The notes under the pieces: model-generated
Seen by the model: the letters and a program-made list of their open reading frames with translations, nothing else
The model's database searches: none
Told to the model about the DNA's origin: nothing
Made by a program: the position numbers and the translations under genes
In this document: positions 41,201-53,400 of the stretch, piece after piece
How positions within the stretch are numbered: the stretch's first letter is position 1
Layout: each line of letters opens with the position of its first letter
Source of the DNA: Camelus ferus
Lineage: Eukaryota
Reading direction: 5' to 3'
DNA length: 64,000 nt
Assembly (NCBI RefSeq): GCF_009834535.1
Contig: NC_045716.1
Span: 25,668,001 to 25,732,000, forward strand

Positions 41201-42781
41201 TTGTCTTTCTCTGGCTTACTTCGCTTAGTGTGATAAGNNNNNNNNNNNNNNNNNNNNNNNNNNNNNNNNNNNNNNNNNNNNNNNNNNNNNNNNNNNNNNN
41301 NNNNNNNNNNNNNNNNNNNNNNNNNNNNNNNNNNNNNNNNNNNNNNNNNNNNNNNNNNNNNNNNNNNNNNNNNNNNNNATTTAAGCTCAAACCTGAAGTG
41401 CAAGGAAGAACCAGCCATGAGAAGATTTTGGAGGGAGAATATTTCAGGTTGAGGGAGTATGTGGTATAAAGTTTCTAAAACAGAAACGAGCTTAATAGGA
41501 TCAAAATACAGAAAGAACCTAATGTGTTTGGAGCATAGCGATTAAGGGAAAGCATGGTACAAGATGAAGTTAGAGAGACAGAGTCAGATGTTGAGTTCTA
41601 TATGCCTGCCTAAAGTAGTTTATTCTAAATGTGGTAGGGAGGAAACCTTGGAGAGTTTTAAGAAAGGGAATAATGATGTGATTTATGTTTATGCCAGCTA
41701 CTGTATGAGATTAGATTGTTGGGAGTGGGGAGCAAGTGTGGCTGTGGAGAAACCAGTTAAAAGACTAAAGTAGTAGTTCAAGGAAGAGATGATGGTGGCT
41801 CAGACTGTGGTGGTGGAGTATAAAAGATAGATGTGGTCAGAGTCAGGATACGTTTTAGAGTTAGGACAATTATATTGAATACAGACCACTGTTGTCAGAA
41901 TGGATTAAAAATAAAAAAGACATAGACTGTTCTTAAGGAATTTATAATCCAACTCATTTGGCAAGGTGGGCTTAGCTTTTTTTTTTCTTTTAATGGAAGG
42001 ATTGGATTTAAATGGTCTATACATCTGAGTCTTTGAAACAACTGAAGCTGTTCTTTTAAAATAAATTTGCATTGTTATAGTTCAAGTTGAATGTGTGTGC
42101 ACTAATGGGTTGCCAAGTGGAAAAGTGAAATTTGAGGTTGATCTTGGAATATTTCATGACTCATGAATTTTAAGCGAGGATCTTAAGGTGCACATAAATC
42201 CCATTAGTTACAGAAAGGTGGAAGGCCATTTGTGAGAGTGGGCAATAACATTCCCTTCTGGTATTCTAATGTGTAATCCTTTTGCACTATGGGGGGAAAA
42301 AAGAAGTGTAAGTGTTCTGTTGGATGTAAGTAGGTATACGTACCCTTACTGACTCTACTGCCCTGTGTATCCCAGGTATTATCTGTTTTCCCTCATCATG
42401 AATTTGAGCCGTGATGCTTATGAGATTCGCCTCCTGATGGAACAAGAGTCTTCAGCTTGTAGCCGGCGACTGAAGGGCTCTGGAGGAGGAGTCCCAGGAG
42501 GAATTGAAACTGGGGGAGCTGGGAGTCCAGGAACTCCAGGAGGAAGCCTGCCCCAAGTAGCTCTGAAGCTTCGACTCCGAGTCCTGCTCCTGGCTCGGGT
42601 CCTTCGAGGTCATCCCCCTCTTCTGCTCGATGTGGTCAGAAATGCCTGCGATCTCTTCATTCCACTGGACAAGCTAGGCCTCTGGCACTGTGGCCCTGGG
42701 ATTGTGGGGTTTTGTGGCCTTGTGTCCTCCATCCTGTCTATTCTCACCCTAATCTGCCCTTGGCTACGACTCAAGCCTTGA
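37757..42781 (+). CDS. PEX11B: Peroxisomal biogenesis factor 11 beta. Exons 37757-37812, 38643-38758, 39165-(donor inside N-gap 39213-39392) and 42376-42781
   Basis: [18 protein letters not shown]|[18 protein letters not shown]...LSLGRK|[16 protein letters not shown]...|[21 protein letters not shown]...glycine-rich loop...[10 protein letters not shown]; phases consistent. Confidence 0.96.
40836..41237 (-). mobile_element. L1 3' end running into N-gap 41238-41378
   Basis: (TTTA)n tail, ttgatttacaatgttgtgttagtttctgg, tagatcccacatataagtgatatcatatgatacttgtctttctct. Confidence 0.8.
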
Positions 42782-43618
42782 TGTTCTGGTGGTACAGGAT
42801 AAGGAGGGGCCTGAATTGGTGGGATGGAATTTTAGGTTGTCCCCATGTAGCAGTCCCATTCTAACTCTACTCCTTGGTTAAAGTTGAAATCCAGAGATTC
42901 AAGGGTAGAGGGGGAAGCTTTGGGGAAGATGAGGGAAGGAAAGCTGTCTTGCAAAGTCGGTGGGATGATTCTGATGTTCATATCTGCTGATTTCTTGTTC
43001 TTTTCCTCTTTCATTGTATTGTCTTGACTCTTTTTCCTGTGTCTCTTTCAAGTCTGTTTAAGATTCTGCGTCTGCATCTCTTTTACCTTCTCAGTACCCT
43101 ATCCTAGGAATTTAATCCACAGCAGAATTACTTTTTGATGTGGGAGGTAGAAGGTATGGTCTGTAAAGTTCTTTTTTAAATTATTATTGTTTTTATTGAA
43201 GTATAGTCAGAAAGAGAAGTCCCATGTGGTCTGTGGAGTTCTAACTGCCTTCTTTTTTCTCACAAGGGTGACCTGTGGCAGTTACTCCCCCCTTCATACT
43301 CCACATCATAAATTTAAGGGCTTTACGTTCCAGTGAGCCCTTCCCACGGGCCCCAGAGCTGGCTTCACGCTTCTTCTTCCTCTCCCGTGTCGGCCTCACC
43401 AACCTTCCTCATGACTTGCCCTTACCCTTCCCTCTGTGTACACCTGCAGATTTCTGCCTACACTTTGATTTCATGGCTTGATCTGGCCTTTTCTTACCCC
43501 TTCTTTGCCTATCCAATGATGCTGTGTCTGGCATCTTGCTGTAAATACTGTACAATGATTCTGTGTAAATAGCTGAGGCCCTTGCCCATGATGGAGAGCA
43601 AGCCTTCCAGGTTAGCAG

Positions 43619-43624
43619 ATTAAA
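43619..43624 (+). terminator. Candidate PEX11B polyadenylation signal (ATTAAA)
   Basis: Variant hexamer about 840 nt after the stop; I saw no AATAAA in the 3' UTR before it. Confidence 0.35.
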
Positions 43625-44488
43625 GATCAATTCACTCACTGAAGTTTGGTCTGGTCCCATGTGTTCTGGTCCTCTGAGGCGCCTATTTCTGTCACTGTGG
43701 TTTGGGTTTTCCATGGAATTAGCCACTGGCATCATTGTCCACAGACTTTTATTGAGCACCTACAGTGTGCAGGGCATAATACTAAATGGTAGAGACACAA
43801 AAAGCTGAGAGGCTCCACGGCCCCCACTTCAGAAGTTTAGAGCCCAGCTGAGGAGCTGGGGGCCTTGTGGCAAAGTAGTCACACTGGTTCCACAAGGCGC
43901 ATCTCCCACCAGGTTCCTAGTTTATAGCTCCTCCAAAAACTATGGTGTCATAGGCAGCATAGGCGAAGAGTCACAAACAAAACCAAGTGGAGCGGGGATG
44001 GTAAGTCGTGGTTTGTGGGCTGGCTGTGTCTTCACACGGTGGGACTCCCTTGGGTAGGTGGGAAATGTATCACTGTTGTCAGCTCTTTCGTCTTCCATAT
44101 CCCAGGTTGAGATAAATAAGGTTAGGAAGCAAAAAGAGTCTATCTCCCGCTCCTGCCTTCTATTCCAAACTCGAGGAAAGCATTGCCTGGAACCACAAAG
44201 ATAGACTAAAAGAAAGGTAAAGAAACGACAGAAAGTCAAGAACTGTGTTCTCTTTGGATGCTAAGACGACGCCTCCAGGGGGCAGCACCAAGGCAGAGAA
44301 ATACACTAAAATCGGTCAGTCCTCCTTTCCTTGGTCTGGGGCTCCCCACCATTACTCCTCCCATTCCTCCCAACTTTATTTTTAGCTGCCAGTGGGAGGG
44401 GGCAGGATGGGAGAGAAAGTAAAGAAAACAGAGAAGGAGAGGGACAGAGGCACAGAGGACTTCTCACACGGACAGGGAACGACCAGGC

Positions 44489-47400
44489 ATGGAGCTCCCC
44501 CTCATCCCTTACCTGTCCTTGCCCTTGGTGCTCCTGACAGGTGAGGGAGGTTAAGTTCTTGGTTTCTGGTGGGAATGGAAGAGATAGAGATTGTTTAGCA
44601 TTGGGACCTTTATGGTTAAAATTCTTTGGGAGTTAGGTTGAGGGGTTAACTGATTTCTACATTCCTCGTGTGTGTGTGCGTGTGTGTGCGCGCGTGCACA
44701 CACGTTTGCATTCTTATGCCCACACAGATGACTGCCTGGCAGGGGCTGAAGCTGTCCAGTGCCTTGTGTAATATTTGTGTGCAATCATCTAAAACTTTCT
44801 CCTAAGCCCTGGAGGAGTGAAGGGACCAAGAGGAAACATGATCTGACCTTCCTCGTGGCTAGTCTGATTACTATTACCGCCTCCCTATTTCTGCCTATTC
44901 TTGGTGGTCTCTGGGGCCTAGGCATAACTGATTGACTATGGTCAGAGCCCTGGGTTTACCTAACCAATGAGATACAGTTCCTGCTCATACAGTCCTGCCG
45001 GTTTCCTAGATGTGAAAAGGCTCACATACACCTTTCTGAAACTGAGCATGCTGTAAGACAGAACTGTGACCATTGGTGTAAGTGGTGGTAGGGTGACCTG
45101 AGAGGGGGTTGCTTGAAAGGAAGGAACAAGACACAGTTAGGGAAAGAACCATGGGAGGGACAAGAGGCCTGGAATTTTTCCTCATCAGTGCCCTGTAATC
45201 TTCGTTTCCTAAAATACCAGCTCTGATTTTAAAGGGGTAGGGGTTGGGAGGGAAGAATCAGCCAGTACAGATGGAGGGGTTGTCTTAGAGTGGGCTGAGA
45301 GTTAAGGAAGAAAGGCAGGTAGGTAGGGGCAGCTGGCTGGGGGATGAGTTAGAAAGGAAGCGGGTTGTGAGAAATTGGGGGTGATGGGACACTTGGAAAG
45401 GATGGATGGCAAACCATGTGTGTGGGCAGGCAAGTGGCTCCACCCAGTTAATTACCACTGAGGTTTTCAGGGCTGGAATCAACCAGAGACCTAGACATTG
45501 GAGAAAGAAGTGAGGATGTAACGACGCTGGGAGTCAAGAAGAGAGAGGAAGGAAAGGAGAGACCTGGATTGCAGTGTTCCTTAACCTCTTGTCTCCCTGT
45601 GGTCCTGGGTTTGGGGAGACTTTGGAAGGAACAGTTGTTCTGAGGCTGCAGAAAGGCCTCCCTCTTTTGACCTTCATAGCTTGGAGAGAAGGATGTGTAG
45701 GAGGAATGATGTAGAAAAGAGGAACTTGACCCTTTCAGACATGTCTGTAAATGAGATTTCGGGGGTGGGAATGGAAATACAGCTGTGCAACAGCATGGCA
45801 GAGGGCCACACGTTAGACATCTGACCCAAACACAGGAAAGAGCTCGTCCTTGCTTGGAGCTCTGGGTGCATGACATTGACAGAGGCCAGGAGAGCTTATG
45901 AGTAAGAAGAAGGGAGAGAGATTGAGATCAAAACATGCTCTTTATGGCGTCTCTCTGGTTGTACCTCTGGGCATTCATTAGCCACACCAACTGAATCCTG
46001 CTAACTTTATGATCCTGGCCCCCAGGTCTCTGCTGCCCCTTTAACCTGGATGTGCATCGCCCACGCCTATTTCCAGGGCCACCTGAGGCTGAATTTGGAT
46101 ACAGTGTCTTGCAACATGTTGTGGGTGGACAGCGATGGTGAGGAGGAAACCAGAGAGCCATGGGACTGGGACTGTGCTAGAGCTGTTAAAGGGGAGGTGA
46201 AGTAGATGGATATGTAAACTTGTCTGGTTCTTTGGAAGTGGCTGGAGCTCTAGACTTGCTATCCCCGTGCCCTTTCCCTCTGGTCTATCTCAAGTGTCAT
46301 ATTCACACTATGCTTGTATTCATGTCCTCCTCCCAGGATGCTGGTGGGTGCCCCCTGGGATGGGCCTTCAGGCGACCGAAGAGGGGACGTTTATCGCTGC
46401 CCTGTAGGGGGCTCTCACAATGCCCCATGTGCCAAGGGCCACTTGGGTAAGAAGGTTCCCAATGCTTCCACTCCTAAACTCTAACCTCGATGAGTAGCTT
46501 TGACCCCTTACACCTCACCACTTCACCTCCATATCCCACATACTCCCCGCTCCTGACTCAAGCCTGATGTCACCCTCTTCCCAAATCACCCTGAACTCCA
46601 GCACCCCATCTGTGACCCCCATGATCTCTTCCACTCCCCTCCAACCAGGTGACTACCCACTAGGAAATTCATCTCGTCCTGCTGTGAATATGCACCTGGG
46701 GATGTCACTACTAGAGACAGATGGTGACGGGGGATTCATGGTAAGCTAAGGAAAGGGTGGTGGCGGGGTTTCTGAAAGTTCGTGGTAGAGAAAAGGGTGG
46801 CATGGTAAGGGAAACTGGTCTATGTGTAGCCGTCAAGGAGTTAAACCTAGACAGCAAGGAGGGGACTCTCGGGGAGTGGACTCAATGGCTCCTTTGACCA
46901 GGAGCATGTTCTGAGGGTGCCCTCCCAAGCCTGGGAGTAACTGTTTCCCCCCACCCATCCCCAGGCTTGTGCCCCTCTCTGGTCGCGTGCTTGCGGCTCC
47001 TCTGTCTTCAGTTCTGGGATCTGCACCCACGTAGATGCTTCGTTTCAGCCCCAGGGAAGTCTGGCACCCACCGCGCAACGTGAGCCAGGAGCAGGGACTG
47101 AGGACTCGGTTCCCAGAACAGGGTGCAGGGTGGGGAAAAGATGGGGCTGCAGGGTGTGATGCTTGGCGGGGGGCCTGCATGGCTATCCTCATTGCTACCT
47201 AATGTGCCTGCAAAAGCTCCATGTTTCCTAACAGATTAGAATTCAGACTCTTTACGAGGGTATCAAGACTCCACGAACTGATTTAACCAACTCCACCTGT
47301 GTCCCTCCATACCCTGCACCTCGTCTGTAGCCTTCACCTCGCCATTCTCCTGTGTGTCATCTATCTTTATACCTCTACCTCCCTTTGTTTAAAGTGTTCT

Positions 47401-50400
47401 CCACCCAGATGCCTTTCCTCATATTCCCCGCTCCTCCAGCACCTCCAGTCTTCAGTATCTTCTCAGTTGCTGCCTCCTTTGCTTCCCCACCAGCAGAACT
47501 GACCCTCTTTTGTTCTCCAGCAGCAGAGTGGTGCTATGTTTCTACCTAGCACTTAATTCCTTCTTCTCTGTTTTTTAGTAAATTGTATGTGTGCTCATCT
47601 TCTCTTTTACCTATTTCTTTTTTTTTTAACATTTTTTATTGATTTATAATCATTTTACAATGTTGTGTCAAATTCCAGTGTTCAGCACTATTTTTCAGTC
47701 ATTCATAGACATATACACACTCATTGTCACATTTTTTTCTCTGTGAGTTATCATAACATTTTGTATATATTTCCCTGTGCTATACAGTGTAATCTTGTTT
47801 ATCTATTCTACAATTTTGAAATCCCAGTCTATCCCTTCCCACCCTCCACCCACCCTGGCAACCACAAGTCTGTATTCTCTGTCTATGAGTCTATTTCTGT
47901 CCTGTATTTACGCTTTGTTTTTGTTTGTTTGTTTGTTTCTTTTACCTATTTCTGTATTTACCCAGGACCTGGCACACTACCTTCCTTGCATGTAAGAAGT
48001 GCCTAATAAATGTTTGAATTGAACGTGCCTTCCTGTGACCTCTTCCCCTGTCACCCCCATGCCCAGTATCCCCTGCCCCTCTGTTCCTCATCACCACGCC
48101 CCTCCTCCTAGGCTGCCCCACCTACATGGATGTCGTCATTGTCTTGGATGGCTCCAACAGCATCTATCCCTGGTCTGAAGTTCAGACCTTCCTACGAAGA
48201 CTGGTAGGGAGATTGTTTATTGACCCGGAGCAGATACAGGTAAGAGAAGGCAATACAGATGGACTTGGAGGGGGAGAGACAGGGAGAGAGGAGGAAGATG
48301 TGGACAGTAGCTTCAGTAGTATCCAGGTGCCCATCTCCCCTCCCTCACATACCTTCTTCTGCCACCCCCACCCCCTGCGCCCCCCGCACATCCCATTCCA
48401 ACGTGCACACTGCATTCTCAGGTCGGGCTGGTACAGTATGGAGAGAGCTCTGTACACGAGTGGTCCCTGGGGGATTTCCGAACCAAAGAAGAAGTGGTGA
48501 GAGCAGCAAGGAACCTGAGCCGACGAGAGGGGCGAGAAACAAAGACTGCTGAAGCAATCACGGTGGCCTGGTGAGGCACTGGGAGGGGGAGCGTGGGAGG
48601 CGAGTGGGAGGGTCTAGAAGGGTTAGAGGCGGGTTTGGAGTGCAGTGTGTACGTCCCAAGGTGTCCTGCAAGCTTATCTTTGTCTGCGCCGGGACGGTGG
48701 GTGGGAGAGGCGAGGCAGGCTGCCCCTGCGCTCCTTCTCCCTGCGTTTCCACAGTGTCTGTGTCTGTGTCTGTCCACATTTCCGCTTCTTGCTCTCTGTA
48801 GACGGAATTCTGTCTGTCTGTACACCCCCATCCCACTTTGACCTTGGCCCTCAGGTTCTCCGCCACTCATGTCCTAGCTCATTCTCCAAACGTGACAAAA
48901 CTCGTCTCCCAGAAGACTTCCCTGGCCTGGCCATTCTTCTCTATTCTACATTCCCTTAATATTTGTCCTTTCAAATACAATATTTGCCGATTGAATCTAT
49001 GAATGTGTGGATTTAAACTTCTTTGGATTGATGATACGCTGCTCCACATGTTCTATGATGTTCAGACATTTGAGCTTGCACTCCGTGCCTTTCTCTGCAC
49101 TAGACAGTTGGAGAGATGGGCTACAGGCAAGAGGCCTGACCTCAGTGGATGGCTGGCAGTGTTAAGTACTGTGTGGGCGTGTATCTGTCTGCATACATCT
49201 CATTGTACTTCAGTCCTCTCTCTTCTTAGCACAGAAGGATTCAGTCAGTCCCGTGGGGGCCGACCAGAGGCTGCCAGGCTACTGGTGGTTGTCACTGATG
49301 GAGAATCACATGATGGAGAGGAGCTCCCCACAGCACTGAAGGCCTGTGAGGCTGGAAGAGTGACACGCTACGGGATAGCTGTGAGAATCAGCTCCAGATC
49401 TGAAAGGACGGCAGCGGGTGGGGGTAGCGACACTGAGGACTGGGAACCTGAGGAACACGGGCATTAACCACTTCCCAGACATCAGCCATGTTTCCCTTTC
49501 TTCTCTTCAGTTGGCTGGGATCTGTACCAGCTCTGACGCTCACTCCGCACAGCCAACAGACCCCATGTTGATCTCTGACCCCAGGTCCTTGGTCACTACC
49601 TCCGGCGGCAGCGAGACCCCAGTGCTTTCCTGCGAGAAATCAGAGCTATTGCCAGTGATCCAGACGAGAGGTTCTTCTTCAATGTCACAGATGAAGCTGC
49701 GCTGACTGATATCGTGGATGCATTAGGGGACCGAATTTTTGGCCTTGAGGGTAATGGTTACCTTGGAGAGGTGGAGGACAGGGTAGGAGAAGCGCTGGGA
49801 TAAAGGTGGGGTTCTAGAAGGAGTTTGGTAGGTCAGGGAGGGAATGGTCTTCTCTTGTATTGCCTCTGTATTTTCTCATGCTCAGGGTCCCACGGAGAAA
49901 ATGAAAGCTCCTTTGGGCTGGAAATGTCTCAGATTGGTTTCTCTACTCATCAGCTAAAGGTTGGACAGACTCTGGCCTCTCCACAACTCCTCTCAACATG
50001 ACTCCTTCCAACCTCTAATTCAGACAACAACCCCAGGGTTCTTCTAGCTTCCTCCCTTAACCAGTGTCCACGCTGACCTTCCCATGCTTTTCTAACTGAC
50101 CAAAGCATGCCCTCAGTGACCCTCTCACTCCCGGAAAGTGTGTTTCTTCTCATTCCCTACTGTCTTTTCAGCAAATCCATCTGGTTCTGCCCTACAGGAT
50201 GGGATTCTCTTTGGGATGGTAGGGGCTTACGACTGGGGGGGGTCAGTGTTATGGCTTGGAGAAGATCACCGCCTCTTCCCGCCACGGACAGCCCTAGAAG
50301 ATGAGTTCCCCCCTGCATTACAGAACCATGCAGCCTACCTGGGTGAGTAGCAGAGAACTGCAAAGGACTAGAGAGGGTGGAGGGGAGGGAGAAAAATGCT

Positions 50401-53400
50401 GCCTCGGTGCGGGGTGTAAGGTTCTCACTCTTAACTTGTGCAGGTCCTCGCTGACCTGCTACTTTCCTTGGGACCCTTTGTATACCTTTAGGGAGCCCTC
50501 CTACTCTGGCCCCGTCTTCTTTTCCTTTCACCCCTGATTCCTTGTCCGCTTCCAGGTTACTCTGTTTCCTCCATGCTTTTGCGGGGTGGACGCCGCCTCT
50601 TTCTCTCAGGGGCTCCTCGGTTTAGACATCGAGGAAAGGTCATCGCCTTCCAGTTTAAGAAAGATGGGGCTGTGAGGGTCGCCCAGAGCCTCCAGGGGGA
50701 GCAGGTAGGGCATCCAAGGGAGGGTGGGACCCTTAGGTCCTAAGGGATCTCCAGGCTGGGGGTGGGGGCTGGGAAGTGAAGGGGCCTGAAAAGTCTGCGT
50801 TGAATTCTAGTTGGCAGAGTCTGTCAAGGGGGTGAGGCCCAGATTGGAAGGTGCTTCCCATTGTTATAATCTTCCCTTCTCCTTCCTCTGGGGTCACCAC
50901 TACCCACCACTCCCCAGATTGGCTCGTACTTCGGCAGTGAGCTCTGCCCATTGGATACGGATGGAGATGGAACAACTGACGTCTTACTCGTGGCCGCCCC
51001 CATGTTCCTGGGGCCCCAGAACAAGGAGACAGGACGTGTCTATGTGTATCTGGTGGGCCAGGTGAGACTTGCTGGACCTCCTAGAATTTGTTTGTCGGGG
51101 GGAAGGGGAGGGAAGAAGGGAAGGCGCGTGCATCTGAGGGCTGGCTGAGAGGCTGGGACTGTCAAATCAGCATTGTCCGTCTTCTCACCTCCATCAGCAG
51201 TCCTTGCTGACACTCCAGGGAACACTTCAGCCAGAACCCCCCCAGGATGCTCGGTTTGGCTTTGCCATGGGTGCCCTTCCTGATCTGAACCAGGATGGTT
51301 TTGCTGATGTGGCTGTGGGGGCGCCCCTAGGAGGACGGGCACCGCGGAGCTCTGTACATATACCATGGGAGCCGGAGTGGAGTCAGGCCCCGTCCTGCCC
51401 AGGTCAGGAGTGCCCAGATAAAGCTGGGGTGTGGTGGGAGGAAGGGTGGGGGAGGGAGGTGCACTCTTTGCTGATCATTGCTCCCCTGGGCTTGAAACCC
51501 AAACTGAACCAGTGCTTTTTTTATCAGTAGTCGAAAAGGTAAGTGGTAGGGTAGGAAACGTGTTGCTGTACCAGGGACTGTTGAACGCAGGCAAGCTCCT
51601 CCTGTTCCGCCTCATGCCTGGGGGAAGAGTTAGAAAGAGCCAGGTGGGGGACCTAGGGAACCCGGTGTGTAAGCCCCTGCTCAGTCCCTCCTCTCTCCCT
51701 CTCAGCGGGTTGCTGCTGTCTCCATGCCACAGGCCCTCAGCTACTTTGGCCGGAGTGTGGATGGCCGGCTAGATCTGGATGGAGATGACCTGGTAGATGT
51801 GGCTGTGGGTGCCCAAGGGGCAGCCGTCCTGCTCAGGTGAGCGGTCCCAGCTCGGGTAGCAGTGGATGGCATAGCACAGCTGTTAAAAGCAAGGGCTTTG
51901 GGGTCACAAACTTGGATTTGGATTTCTTGATCAGCTTACTCTGTGCCTCCATTTCCTAGTGTATAAAATGAGAATAATAATAGTACCTGCCTTGTAGGCT
52001 TGTTGTGAGGATTAAATACAATAATCCATGTAAAGACCATAAGACTGGGCCTAGCACGTGCAAAGTCCTTGTTAAATGTTGGCTGTTATCTTACTTCTGT
52101 CAGAAGGTTGCAGGGTGGAGACACATGTGTCACCTGTCACCTAGCCCCTTATTCTTTCCTTTGACCTCAGGGAGGGAATCACTGGAGATTGCCTTTCTCA
52201 AAGGGCTTTCCTTCCACTGGTAGAATTTCTTTCCCTCCCTATTCCCAGCTCCCGGCCCATTGTCCACCTGGCCCCTTCACTGGAAGTGACCCCGCCAGCC
52301 ATCAGTGTGGTTCAGAGGGACTGCAGGCGGCGAGGCCAGGAGGCAGCCTGCCTATCCGCAGCCCTTTGCTTCCAAGTGACCTCCCGCACTCCTGGCCGCT
52401 GGGATCGCCGATTCTGTGAGTGACTAGAGTGCATCCCAGGCAACTCTGAACCCCAGCCTGCCATGGTCTCTGGACCTTTCTCCACCTCCACTCTTGCCTG
52501 CCTCATTCAGATGTGCGGTTCACAGCATCACTGGATGAGTGGACAGCTGGGGCCCGTGCAGCGTTTGATGGCTCTGGCCAGAGACTGTCCCCTCGGCGGC
52601 TCTGGCTAAGTGTGGGGAATGTCACTTGTGAGCAGCTTCACTTCCACGTGCAGGTGAGGAGTGGGCAGGAACTGCTTTGCATCAGGGCCTGGGGGTGAGA
52701 GGAAGGCTGGATCAGAGGGGAGGTTTCTGCTGGACTGGCAAGAAAGCCAAAGCCAGGAAAGTGAGAAAGTCCAAACCTGGGAGCGAGGCTAGTCCAGGTT
52801 TGAAGCGCAGCTCTGCCATGTACTACCTGTGAATTCCGGCAAGCCACATAACCTGCAAGCCTTAGTTTCCCTGCCTGGAAAGGGGGGATAGTGAAGATGA
52901 CTGTGTCATAGGAGGTGTCTTAGAATTAAATGTCATAGTCTTTTGAGGGGGAGGTAATTAGGGTTATTTATTTATTTGTTTATTTAGTTATTTAAGTGGA
53001 ATTACTGAGGATTGAACCCAAGACCTCATGCATGCTAAGTGTGCACTCTACTACTGAGCTATACCCTCCCCGCAAATGTAATAGTCTTCATAAAACCTGA
53101 GGACAGTGCCAAGCACACGGAGAATGCTCAGTAAATGATCACCCTCATGATCGCATTCAGCCGGTGGCCTGGGTTGTATCCCTAACCGCGGCTTTGCGTG
53201 ATCCTTGACCCTGGTTTCTCTCAGGACACATCAGATTACCTCCGGCCAGTCGTCTTGACTGTGACCTTTGCTTTGGACAACACCACAAAGCCAGGACCTG
53301 TGCTGGAAGAGGGCTCACCCACCTTCATACGAAAGCTGGTCAGCAGTGCCAAGCCCTGCCCTGCCCCTGGGTCCCAACACTGCCCTTCTCAGTGCATTCA

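Noticed and set aside
39030-41469. ORFs spanning N runs (also 33427-33930 and 54312-54644)
   Set aside because: Their length is an artefact of Ns containing no stop codons
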